A stretch of DNA of 64,000 nucleotides, taken from Octopus sinensis. Lineage: Eukaryota. A program made the translations under genes and the position numbers. The notes under the pieces were generated by a model. The model did not search any database. It saw only the letters and a program-made list of their open reading frames with translations, and had not been told where the DNA came from. Below are positions 14,980 through 27,756 of the stretch, piece by piece (positions within the stretch are counted from its first letter, which is position 1; each line of letters opens with the position of its first letter). Where the stretch lies: assembly GCF_006345805.1 (NCBI RefSeq), contig NC_042999.1:80414001-80478000 (forward strand), written 5' to 3'.

Positions 14980-15900
14980 GTGTTATTGGAAAAATCTTCA
15001 AACTAAAATGAACAGGGTGTGAAGTACGAAAGCGAAAACAGCGCATTTCATAAGGAAAGTAGGTACGATTGGGAACATCTGAACAAATGATTAAAACATG
15101 CAAAAGTTCACACTTCTATACTCAGTTAAGAAATAGTTCTACTGGGCACAGTAGAACTATCAAAATATGCTTTCAATTCATTAGCAAATCTCACATAACA
15201 TACTGTCTACTGTTATCAACCAAAATATGACGCAACGAAGTCTCTCCACACTCGAAGAAAATTACAACCCAGTAAAATAATGTAACACAGACAATTGCAT
15301 AATCAACATTCTCAAACACAGTCAAAGTTCTGTTAATGACAAAAAGCTGATATTCTACAAAACTTTTACCCTTTAATATAACGCAATCAGCATACTTCAT
15401 TCTCTGCATACTGATCACCCGACGCTGGAACACGCAATACAACACACAAAATATACGCTGTATATAACCACTACCCAGCAAATGAAGCCAGCTTACATTG
15501 AACATAAACTATACAACAAGTATACGAAACCCAGAAGTATTATCAAATCAAACAGACTAAATCCCAAAGCAGATCTGAACAGATACAGGGTATGATAAGA
15601 AATATACCCCTGCGTTCTCATAACATAACGCACCCTACGGGTACGGTTTTACATCGGGTGGTGCAGCATAAGTTCGCATGGAACTGTTCAAAACATGAAA
15701 ATACTAATATTAATCGATTCTCTTTACTATATACTATTCTGATATTCTGAAGGAAAATTGGAAAGAATAGAAATAGCACACCCTCCCATAAAAAATCTAA
15801 ATGACATTTACAACAAATAAAATACAATATTCTCTTGTATTATTCTCTTGCCAAATAATTTAATACTGGTAGAGATATTGGCATATGAACACTGGACAAT
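14980..15900 (+). mobile_element. very decayed CR1/L2-like RT remnant
   Basis: Only scattered resemblance to RT motifs in a plausible order; no open frame. Confidence 0.25.
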
Positions 15901-16253
15901 TTTCAAAACTTCGTAGATTATTCAAACTTCTAATATTTGCAAATTTTCATTTCCCTTCAGATTTTACTATATTTCACACATATACAAACGCATGCGCATG
16001 CATACAAACGCACACATACACAATCTGGCATAAAATCACATACTAACGTAACACACATGTACATCTTTTGTTACGTTCTTCAAAATAATTTAGTGAATCA
16101 GAAATTCCAAGAATGACATTAGTTCGCGTTAGATAGGCACATATTAAAAATAGCCAGGAATCTCTATATTCATGAATTTTTTCATATACGCACATACCCA
16201 TAGACATACATGTATACACACACACACACACACGCACATATATATGTATATAT

Positions 16254-16303
<50 letters not shown>

Positions 16304-17708
16304 GCACCATCCTTTGAATGTGTCATTCTATGCGTGCTTGTGTATGTTTGTATGCATTGGGTGTTGCTTCTGCAATATTGTATTATTCATTTCTGTTATA
16401 TATTATATAATCTAAATATATTTTGCACGCTTCTCTATACCATTCGTTCATCTGTACGCATGTATCTTAACATGCGTGCCTGCGTGCCCGCGTGAGTGCA
16501 GGGTGTAAACTTATCTATGCGTTTGTGTATGAGTATTAACTCTATGTGTTAGTAGAATGCCGTTGGCTGGCAATTCAAAGATCACTTGAACTTTCTTGTT
16601 TGTTTTGTTTATCTACCGCAGTTTCTTCTTTGATTTTTGTTCCCATTTTCTAATCTTGCTTACAACTTTTTTTCTTCTGCGAACATCAAAACAAGAAATA
16701 TAAAATAATGTATACAATATACATAATTTGAATTAATGAAAAGTTATAAAGCTCCAACTCATTTTTACAAGTTTTTTTTTTATACTTCGCCATTTGTGTT
16801 TGACTTCTTTTCGCTTCTCATCCTCTATCTTCACTTAACTTTCTGTCCTACCCTTTTTTTTCTTATTAAACATCACAGCAGAAGAAGAATGACGCTGACT
16901 TGCTGTATATTTGATTTCATGCTCAAGTACATGATTAAAGTCGTTAGTGGTAACTTGATGATTGCGTTGCGAAAGATGTGTAAATCTTTCTCAAAAGTAC
17001 AAACCGGATATCGAAATTTGCATGCAGTCACTCTTTATATGGAACTTACTTCAACATATTGATGTTCATATAATATTTTCGTTCTGTTATACAGATTTTT
17101 TAATCTGTTAAAACTTAAAAACTGCATAAGTAATGTGAAAGTATGATTCGAGCCTTTTTGGGGTCAACAATAGTGTATATAGCAACATCTGGCTGTACTT
17201 GACTATTGAACCGATATGCTACACACGCTTTCTATCAGCTCACCTTTTGTTCTATTGTTACCGATATCGTCACCTTTACGATTATTCAAATCTCTGGCCA
17301 CATTTTGGATAGAACGAGGTAATATTTTTGTGATAGATATTTTAGATACGTAAATTGAGCATCGTGAAAGATAAAAGAAAACTCACGTTCAAATTGAAAT
17401 CAGCGAAGACAGTCACGCAAATTAATCCACAAATAACAACCCGGCTAATAATTATTTTCTTCTTTTTTAACCTCTAGAGCTAATTATAAATGTCAATTTA
17501 CAGTGATACGAATTGCAAAAAGATATAGATACTGGAATAAATGAATCAACGTCTATGAGTAATTATCAGTAAAATATGATGTCAGCTGAGTCGATTAAAA
17601 ATTTCTGTTCTACTTATGTCTATAGAACCATGTTTTAGTTTAACCAAAGTGTTATGTTTATTAAAAGATATACAACTTATAACTGTTCTGTGTACATAAT
17701 TTTGGTGA

Positions 17709-17763
17709 GACGGATGCCTATTGGTAGAAGACGGATGCCTATTTGGTAGAAGGATGCCTATTT
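17709..17763. repeat. ~21-bp minisatellite, about 2.5 units
   Basis: gacggatgcctattggtagaa / gacggatgcctatttggtagaa / ggatgcctattt. Confidence 0.85.
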
Positions 17764-18561
17764 TCTCTCTGAATCTATAATATTGCAACAAAAAGGTAAT
17801 AAGTTTAAAATAGGAATCGAAACAGAATCTCAGAACCATTGGCTTGAAACTTAGCTTATACTGTAAGATGGTCGTCAGAAATCTTAGTCATGCTGAAGCA
17901 TTTAGCTTTAACAAATTCCACGTTAGACATCTTCAGTATCTTCGGTTACCTTATTTTTAACTTCAGTTTTTTCATAACATAAAAAGAAATAAGAATATAT
18001 ATATACATACATACAGAAGAGTGTGAATTAATCAAAAGTTATAAGAGTCAAGTAATTTTTTCTTCCTGTTACAAATCACTGCATTAGAGGACAAGAAATA
18101 ACTCAGCGCCTTTTCTTTAAAATATTAATATCTTCTCGGCACACAGAAATAGAAGAACATATTAACATACTTCTTTTACTATTTCCTTCTTAGCTTTTGA
18201 ATGTTGTTTTATTTTTTAAAAAATTATTTCATTCAAATATTTTTCGTGAATTATTTATTATTTCTTCTTCTTTTTGACTTTGCTTGGCTTTCACTATATC
18301 AATGAGGTGCTTTTTGTTGCTTATATTTTTTTCATATGACTTAGCTAAGAGAAATAATGGACTCTTGGAAATAACTTTCATAAAAAATATTAGACGAAAA
18401 GGAGAGCAGAATAAAATGCGAATAATAAATTTCTTTTGATAGTCTTCGATTTGAAAGAGCAAAACCGTGTAAGAATTTAATTCTATTTGTCCTAATTTTT
18501 TTTCCGATCAGGTCAGCCGAAAAAAGTAACAAATAAGTTTAATTCTAATAATATATACATC

Positions 18562-18585
18562 ATAATAATAATAATAATAATAATA

Positions 18586-18655
<70 letters not shown>
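18562..18655. repeat. (AAT)n microsatellite
   Basis: Directly visible. Confidence 0.95.
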
Positions 18656-18657
<2 letters not shown>

Positions 18658-21600
18658 TGATTGCAACAACACCAATAGAAGTGATAAATACAATAAGAAA
18701 AGTAAAAGAAAAAGGTAAAATTTATAAATTGATAAAATTTCACTCGTTCATATTCTTTTTACACTAAGACCATGAGAAAAATTATGATTTTAATTAAAAT
18801 ATAACACAATAAAATATTGAAACACTACAAAAAATAAATGACAGTATAAGAATAATAAAATAAAATGAATTAAACATAATTTAAATTATTGTTTTGTTTT
18901 TAGAAATAAGAAATAAATTTTCAATTCAAACAAATTTTTGTAAACTTTAAAATGAGTATTTGATTTTATTTCTGTGCAATATTACACTTAAAGCTTCAAT
19001 CTATGCAGGGCAACAGAGACCAGACAAGAATAAGACACGTTTAGGTTGTTAGAAATTATGTTGTGGTTTTAAAGAAAACATTGTAATTTACACTACAGCT
19101 ATGATTTTTAATGTATTCTAAAGTGAAAAATGAAATTAAGACAACATATTAAAATGTTCACTGATTTAGATTTCAAATTATAAAATTCAATTTCTTTCTG
19201 AAACTTAGTATTCAAAATCACAGTTTGAGATGTTACGTCTCTGTGTGTATATTTGTATCATTTGTAAATGTACGTGTGCCTTGGGCATATTGTATATAGT
19301 GTACAATATATTTTGTTCACGACTAGCGTCTACTGAGTGTATGTATATTAAGAGAGTTTGCAAGCAGCTTGTCAAGCAATATGCATGTGTATATGTGGTG
19401 TTTCAGAATTTTAGAGTAGTTTCAGTAGCCTAAGCATTGTAGTATATTTATTATGTTGTGCAGAATATATATCAAGATATGCATCTGGCGTATAAATGTG
19501 TGGAGTGTTTTAGGGTTATATACGTTGTGTGTTTCTTATGAATGTGTGCGTGTGCTCGTGTATGTTTCCGCAAAGTTTATAGTGTTTTGTAAATAATGTT
19601 TATATATATTTCTGTCTGCTTTCGTATACTTTTTGATATTCATATATCGATTTCTATAAGTCTGTATTAATTGTGTACGAAAAATACATTGATATGTTCA
19701 CCGTTGCCTTCGCCAGCTGTTACTGAAACCTAAACATTTTAGAGAAGTTGCGAAGTTTCAAATCGTCACTCATTTGATTTTATAAGCTTCAGAAATAGCT
19801 CCTATAATGTCTCGAATTACGTAACTGTCAAGAATGGTTACCAGACCACACGCGTGTGTTTCCTTTGGGCTATTGATATCACTCATTGCGTCATGGTGTT
19901 ATTTATTTGGTAAGCAACAAATTCTGAAGCATATGTTATTGTGCGTTTAAATGGCTCAGATGTCTCAGTTGAGCTGCATAATTTTTCTTGTAGCTAAAGC
20001 GACTCCGTACTAACTTATCTCTCCCACAGCACAATAACGCAAATCATCGCAGCTAACGACTTAATGTACACTCAATTCATTGATCACGAAGATATACGCG
20101 GAAAATTGGACCTTAAAGGATTTGATCTTAGAATTTGAGGGAATAAAAACGATGCTGTTAAGGAGTTTGTGCCTAGCGAATATTCGAAATTATATTTATT
20201 TTATGATCTTTACACCCCTTACAACTAAAAAGTACCTCTGCTTGATACTACAGTTTGCTTTATTTACTCAGATTCAGAGATGGAAATAAAAAGGTGCTCT
20301 AATTATTGTGCACTCTATGTAATTTATTATCTAAACTGTAAATCAGCCTTGCACATATGCCGTCAAAATATCGTATTCAAAAGAATACAAATAATTTGAC
20401 AACTGTCTAAAAGAACATATTCAATTTTCAGAGTGGAGCGAACTATGGATAATTCCAGGAACTTTAACATTAGCTCACTTAATTCCACTGATGTCGAGAG
20501 TTGTTGGATGACTAATAAGTTAACTTGTTTCAGGCCATGTTTCTTTACATTATTTTGTTCCAAGAAGTACATGGTGCAGAACCAAGAATCATTATATTTC
20601 GAATAAGACGAATGCTTCATGTCTATATTCTTCGTTATCAATCTAGAATGAAATAACACTCTAATCATTGCGGATGAGCGAATGAAAGTTGAAAATATTG
20701 TTAAATATATTCGTTTATGAGATCCAATTTGAAAAAGAATGTTCTAATATTCTAATAAAACGTTTTAACAGTTAAGTTGGTAAAATACCTAGTGGCGTGG
20801 TATGTGCCTTATAGCAGATAAAATAACCTGACAACAATGTACATTTAAGTTACTATCTATTTCCAGAAGAACCCATAGCTTCACTATTTAACAACTAGAG
20901 TTAAAGATGAGTTTGTAGAGATATTCATATCCAACGTTACACTATACTAGTTGATACGTTGTCAAGAGTCGGTTTCAACAAGATCGAACCTCAATGAAAA
21001 CCACCAGATGATCAATTGCATGTTTGTTTATACACTAGAGCACGAGAATGTAGTCCTACAAATTCTCATAACCATAAGATTAAATGCAGTGTCATGTTAT
21101 GGAAGAACACCATTCTACAAATTTTCGAAAAACCTTTGTCATATAAGGGTAGGATCAGATAAAATTCATTTGGCAGTATCGTTGAAAATATAGGCAAGCT
21201 GATCAAATCCAGATGCAACCATGTTTTTTGCAGCTCGAGAATTTTGCTTCAACAAATCATCACATAACGTTGTCCGTACTGCCAAATGTGGTCTGATAAA
21301 TTGTGTCTTGGACAATACTACATCAGATAACGCGGAAGAGAAATTAGTAGAAGGAGAAACCGGGGAGCTTTAGAAACACATACACACACAAACACACACT
21401 CACATGCACACACATTCTCAGGACGGGTATAAACATTTTTTAGCCCAAATTGAATGCCGATTCTCGCGGAATTGCTGAATGTATCCTTTATTAGCTGACA
21501 GCTATGATAAATAATTGATGTGCTATCGAAAAAACTCTCAGAAGAAATGACGAAGCACTTTCAAGAACTTTTGTTATGAAATCCTCTACTGACTTCGTTG

Positions 21601-22724
21601 ATATCATTGGCAAATTTACACTTGATTTGATATTCTATGAGGCTGTGTCAAACCCTCTGAAATATATCTACTGTATCTAGAATAGAGAACACATGGGATG
21701 TTGCCTGTAAATATAGTGATGTAAAATTAAATAGAAAATATGATGAGAGTATCGTATTGCAATATTAGCAAGGCAGAGATACCACATCATGATAGTCACA
21801 CAATTATTTCTGCTCTCATAACAGTAATAAAGTTTTGAATAGTGTCGTCATTTAATTATTTCGTATTGCTTTCATAGATACCAGATAGCCGAAAATTCCG
21901 TCTGATTTTAGATTTAACGATTGACGCGCAATAAATCAATGAGAATGCGACAGCATACAGACTGGAAATAAAGTAATTTTTTGGAATAGCAAGTCAGATA
22001 TTAGGTTGTGTTTTAAGAATAAATTTTATCACTACTGTTTTATAAAGTGATAACATTTGTGTGCCTCTCTCAAGGTGTCATATTACTTTCTGGCAGCCCT
22101 TTTGGCGACTTATAGAGAATACGATATCCCATGACATCGTAAACTGCTCAATTGCAATAGCCAATACACTTAAGTGTCCCCGTACCTATTAACGGTTATC
22201 ATTAGGTTTCAATGGATTTGATAGAAACTGAAAAATTTTTGAAGTGTTTAAAAGATCCATTGAAAAATGTGAAAATGAATGTTTTATAAGTATTCATATA
22301 AAAGCCCTCAAAATATATTTCATATACATTTGAAGGAAACCTGCTTTAAATTAATAAAAATCTAAAATGCGCGAAGTAAAATAACATTCAAATTAATTAT
22401 CAAGAAATGTTAAATAAAATATGCAAATATATACGGAAAATTAGAAAAATGCATGCAAATTGTGACAAATAGACCGTGGCTTGTGGTTAATGTGATCACT
22501 AGTAATTATAGAAAAGTCGATACGAAAAATTATCAACAAACTTGATAATGAGGCCCATAAAATTACTTCTAAATTAAATATACATGACAGAACCACTGAA
22601 TATCAAGTTTAAAGAGCATATATTTTCTAATGGTAACCAGCAGTGCACCAAATTAACACTTCAAAAACGATGTTGGAACTATAAAGAGAGGGAGTATCAG
22701 ACCACGAATTACATTATCATACAT

Positions 22725-22727
<3 letters not shown>

Positions 22728-22811
<84 letters not shown>

Positions 22812-22820
22812 TACACACAC
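22728..22820. repeat. (CA)n microsatellite
   Basis: Directly visible. Confidence 0.95.
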
Positions 22821-23112
22821 ACGTGCATGGTAAATGAAAGACGAAAGATGGAATATATGGGAATATATTATTAATGATGTACATATGTATATATATAAAT
22901 ATATATGCAAACACATACACACATATATATGTATATATATGTGTATATATATAACAATATATATATATATATAATATATCGTTAATGAAATCGTTAATAC
23001 AGAATTATCCATAATTCTGATTGCCTCCTTTTTCTCAATAATTGTACAACCCCTCATACACTCTATACACCCCTCACACACACACACACACACATATATA
23101 TAAATATATAAC

Positions 23113-23157
<45 letters not shown>

Positions 23158-23164
<7 letters not shown>

Positions 23165-23901
23165 TGAATAAATAAATATATGGAGTTGAACGAAGATGTT
23201 AAGAAAATTCCTTTACTCTCGACATATGTTTCGAAGACAACATGGTTTTATTCCAAAGGAATAAACGGTGCAAGATGCAATCTTCTCATCAGGAAAGAAA
23301 GGGAGCCTCTCTCGACAACAAGACAAAACAATAATTGCGATGACTGTCTACATGGTAAACAAAGCGATAATAAGAGTTTTAAAAAACCGTTAGTAGAGTT
23401 GACGTCGAAGTTAGATAGTAGGAAGAGAAGGGTTAAAGGAATAATAAGTAGGGAACAAGTAGAGAGGGAAGGGTACGTTGATTAAAAGAATGTTCAAAGG
23501 CTTAGGAAAGAGTTTCTCTATTGAAGTAGAGTGCACGTTAAGCTAATTGTTCAAACTATAATGGCTATCGAAATCATTTATATGAGTAAAAAGTATGTTT
23601 CTGCAAGTGTTTATATTTGTACGATTTGTCTATGAGTGTGTTTACAAGGGGATCCTTAGAGAAGAGAATATGGAAGAGTTCAGAGTTGCAAATGTTACAA
23701 AATCTCCTGCCCTTATCAAAAGGAAAGGACACAGACAGTATTCATATATAACACACAAATTTCTGCACATGAACCCGGAGTTTTTACCCTTGGACAGGTC
23801 GCTTCAACCGTGTTTCTGACGTGAACTTGCTACCCTGGTATCGGTTCATCGAATTTTCCATGTTGACGGTAAACGTAGGATAATTCATTCACCTATCGAA
23901 A
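23158..23901 (-). mobile_element. Penelope-like element 3' portion (pLTR-like unit), tandem copy 1
   Basis: Minus frame 23741-23574 reads ILSVSFPFDKGRRFCNICNSELFHILFSKDPLVNTLIDKSYKYKHLQKHTFYSYK*. This resembles the PLE GIY-YIG C-terminus WxIL..A.PY..GxKxCxLCxxEK..IL....LLN.R.E...CRH. A pyrimidine-rich UTR and a hammerhead follow. Confidence 0.75.
23210..23302 (-). ncRNA. hammerhead ribozyme (type I topology), copy 1
   Basis: Minus strand: cctttctttc-CTGATGA(23292-23286)-gaaga[43 nt]tcttc-GAAAC(23232-23228)-atat-GTC(23223-23221)-gagagtaaagg. Core intact. Stem II closes gaaga/tcttc; stem III is the palindrome ACATATGT; stem I is ctttc/gagag plus ccttt/aaagg around a bulged U. Predicted cleavage between 23221 and 23220. 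Confidence 0.85.
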
Positions 23902-23922
23902 TATATATATATATATTATATA

Positions 23923-24664
23923 TACATATATGAATAAATAAATATATGGAGTTGAACGAAGATGTTAAGAAAATTCCTTTACTCTCGACATATGTTTCGA
24001 AGACAACATGGTTTTATTCCAAAGGAATAAACGGTGCAAGATGCAATCTTCTCATCAGGAAAGAAGGGAGCCTCTCTCGACAACAAGACAAAACAATAAT
24101 TGCGATGACTGTCTACATGGTAAACAAAGCGATAATAAGAGTTTTAAAAAACCGTTAGTAGAGTTGACGTCGAAGTTAGATAGTAGGAAGAGAAGGGTTA
24201 AAGGAATAATAAGTAGGAACAAGTAGAGAGGGAAGGGTACGTTGATTAAAAGAATGTTCAAAGGCTTAGGAAAGAGTTTCTCTATTGAAGTAGAGTGCAC
24301 GTTAAGCTAATTGTTCAAACTATAATGGCTATCGAAATCATTTATATGAGTAAAAAGTATGTTTCTGCAAGTGTTTATATTTGTACGATTTGTCTATGAG
24401 TGTGTTTACAAGGGGATCCTTAGAGAAGAGAATATGGAAGAGTTCAGAGTTGCAAATGTTACAAAATCTCCTGCCCTTATCAAAAGGAAAGGACACAGAC
24501 AGTATTCATATATAACACACAAATTTCTGCACATGAACCCGGAGTTTTTACCCTTGGACAGGTCGCTTCAACCGTGTTTCTGACGTGAACTTGCTACCCT
24601 GGTATCGGTTCATCGAATTTTCCATGTTGACGGTAAACGTAGGATAATTCATTCACCTATCGAA

Positions 24665-24665
<1 letters not shown>
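23923..24665 (-). mobile_element. Penelope-like element 3' portion, tandem copy 2
   Basis: By eye identical to 23158-23901 except two single-base homopolymer deletions; the offset changes from 766 to 764. Confidence 0.75.
23976..24067 (-). ncRNA. hammerhead ribozyme, copy 2
   Basis: Same core: CTGATGA at 24058-24052, GTC at 23989-23987. One U is lost from the distal stem I strand. Confidence 0.82.
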
Positions 24666-24696
<31 letters not shown>

Positions 24697-24919
24697 GTAT
24701 GTATGTATGTATGTATTTATGTATGTATGTATGTATCTATCTATCTCTCTCTATATATATGAATTTTCTTTCTTTCCTTCTTTCAAATAATAAGGATTCT
24801 AAATTCATTGAGTTTGAAATCGAAAACTACTATCACTCAGTAATCGAAGAAGTAAAATGTACATTTAAGAAGTTTTGAGACATTTTCAGGGGAGATATTT
24901 TTGAAGTTTAGAGGAGTAC

Positions 24920-25400
24920 AAGGCACTAATCTCCTTGGATGTAGGATCTTATGGCTTCAGTGAACCTGTTGTAGCGCTGGCCCCACTTCATGAAGGCTGC
25001 GCTGGAAGCCTTTGAAAGTGAAGATGATCAGAGCACAAGTCACAGCCTCTTTCGCCTTCTTCGGGTTGGGGAACAACCAAGTCACAGTGATCAAGATTTG
25101 GGTTGTAGGGAGGGCGAAGAACAATTTCGTTACTCATCTCTGTGAAATATTGGGTTACTAGAATGGTGTTTTGTACCGAAATCTCTTTCTGAACTCCCGA
25201 ACCCCCCGCCGTAACTCCACAAAGTATTTTTTAATAACTGTCTGACTAGAGCAAAACGGGGAGATCTAGATTATGCTCTTTCTACCTCAAAAGGGGGTCT
25301 CCATAAGCTCTCCGGCAGATTTGCTTTGCCTAACCTGTTGAGCTTGTAGAAAATATATGTTAGGCTTATACAAGTTCATCCATTATGACATGCTCCATTA
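24920..25400 (+). mobile_element. possible decayed L1/Tx1-like LINE fragment
   Basis: More GC-rich than its surroundings, with only faint similarity to L1/Tx1 ORF2 peptides (HEGC..., GNN.VT..., KLSG...LP..L). Confidence 0.2.
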
Positions 25401-26259
25401 AACTGGAGTATGTCACAATTTTCTGTTGCGTTTTTGCCCAGTTTAACACTTTATTGCATAGAGAACTTTCAAGTTGTATTCACATCCCGACAGCATTCTG
25501 AAAACAAGTCAGTTATGAGAAGCATAGTGTCTCCTTCAAAGGGGACTAATAAAATTTGGTAGGCTAGCTTATTAGATATATAGTAAGATGATATTACCAT
25601 AAACACTGATAAAGAAATTTAAATAAACTGATTTTCATTAAAAAATAGAGCGCACTGATTAGCGAAACTAAAATCTACACAAATTCCATTGACTCAGAAC
25701 GGGAGATCACTGTTCTTCTGAAAACGTAGATTGTGTGGAAAATGGATGAAGATGTTAACCAATTTGTAACTGCAACTAGAAAGCATAGAATAAAAAGAAT
25801 AAAGGCAAAACAAAATAAACAAAAAAGAAAAGAAAACACAACTGAGAAAGAAGTATGAACGCAAGCATAAATATGTTGGGAAAATAGTGTACTGGGATAA
25901 TAGATATGTTTGGGAATTTGAAGAAACAATGTTAAGGACACGAGGTTATGGATGACATGATCAATAATAATTACCAGAGTTTATGGGATCTTCACGTAAA
26001 GGATAATCATTCTATTAAAGCCAGGCGATCAGACATGGTGAGAAGCCAGTAAGAGAGTTTTGCTTCTGTAAAATTAGTGGCTGTGTTATCATGTAACATA
26101 GTAGACTGGTCATGAAGATTACGAGAGTTAAGTGATATCAGGTAAGTTTAGCAAAATAACTGGGTTGGCTAGTGAAAAATGAGAATAGACCGAAAAGATG
26201 CTAATCTTTATGTCGATTAAATTAAGACCCCGAAATTTCTCAAACTTCTCTGGTTTTAT

Positions 26260-27105
26260 TTAAACGCTATATGGTCATTATACAGATGAACCATTCGATA
26301 CCACCTCTGACTTCCATAAACAATTTAACACATTCTTATGTGTCGATTACTTTCAAACTTTTGTCATTGTTAACATCTATCATGGAGACGTCCATCAAAG
26401 TACTAGGTCTCTATGTAAATCAGTCTTTTCCCTTTCACCGTCACTACACAATCTTTTATAAAACCTACCGGCTCCTACTCCGTCCATGTCTTTTCCTCCT
26501 TTAACTCCATTCACGCTAAACGCATCATCCTCATTCCAAATTCTTCAGTTTCCACATCTTTGCAGTGGTCAGCTCAACTTGGAGAGCAAATAAATGATGC
26601 GCTTCTTTGTTCGATATGTTTTCGTTCAACTGCCCTCAACTACGTTACTTAAACAGACTGCACTAATGCGTTTTCCTCTGCACCTGTCCTCCCATTTCGA
26701 TTTTGGCCTTATTTATTACACACCATAGAGTCCGATTCAGCTTCTGCCTCATTCAAAAATTGCCATGCAACCTTTGTCACAAACACCCATCTCATTACAG
26801 AAGCCGCATCATATGTTCACAACTTATGCAGCCTACACGTCTGTAGCATCTTACCTCTTTCCAAATCCAGGTCATTTGAACCTATTCCGCGATCTGATTT
26901 ATTTGAAATAAAATGTCCGTTCTTAACGATCCCTACTTTTTTTAGTATATGTTATTTCAACTTCACGAACCATACGACAAACCAGCTCTACGTGTTTGGT
27001 TTCCCTTGAAACTTCAGATGCACGAATTTAGTCTTAACCAAGAGTAGCGATTTATATCATCCCTATATCTCAGACGCTCTCAAATTACTACTCTTCCCTT
27101 TTTAA
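26260..27105 (+). mobile_element. decayed Penelope-like element (RT thumb to GIY-YIG C-terminus)
   Basis: RYMV (26265), TSINNLTHS...ETSIKV and KPTGSYSVHVFSSFNSIHAKRII (from 26461) resemble the PLE motif KPTDSHSYLxFSSxHPxHxKRSIPYSQ. LNQE*RFISSL (about 27034) resembles the endonuclease end R..xE.RLIF.L. Confidence 0.6.
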
Positions 27106-27710
27106 TACCACCTGTAACATATAAAACCCACAGGCATACTGCAATCACACATTGTATACACAAACACGCATATGGTACATTTTCCTGTTACAAACACACA
27201 ACACAAAATAGACATACTTTGCAACACTCATAAAATAATTTAGCTATGTACGAGTATACACATATGCTCCAAAGCATAACAATGTAACTGATACACACTC
27301 GCATGCTCACACACTCACACACACATACACACACACGTACACGCATATACACATATACACACATACAAACATACACGCACATGCACACACAAGTACACAC
27401 ACACATACACGCAGATATACGCACACACATGCACCATCCGGCACGCACACACAAGCAATACTTCATTTCTCTACCCGAACGCATATATCTACAAATACCT
27501 TTAGCACACAAACTCTTGCAAGAGAAAATTATGGACACACATTTGTTCGCACACACTTTATCACACACACATTCGCTGCCGCATGGTTCTTAACTCCAAA
27601 CCCTAAACAACGACACAATACTCATCATAAGCACAACATATAACAACAGAGAAGAAAACACTTGCACACATATGAACTAAAGACTACGTATCCACACACG
27701 CACACACACA

Positions 27711-27756
<46 letters not shown>

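Noticed and set aside
17709-17763. CRISPR-like repeat
   Set aside because: Units are directly adjacent with no spacers, in a eukaryotic context; it is a minisatellite.
20330-21320. Possible DNA-transposon transposase relic (STDVE resembling hAT-type SxDVER)
   Set aside because: A single weak motif with no supporting termini.
23180-23485. Plus-strand 101-aa ORF MELNEDVKK... and the duplicated 74-aa ORFs
   Set aside because: They lie antisense to the PLE remnant and ribozyme, have no recognisable domain, and the 101-aa frame is broken in copy 2.
23500-23744. Selenocysteine readthrough (in-frame TGA plus SECIS), as known for some Naiad PLEs
   Set aside because: The TGA aligns near a Trp rather than a Cys position, and I could not fold a SECIS helix downstream.
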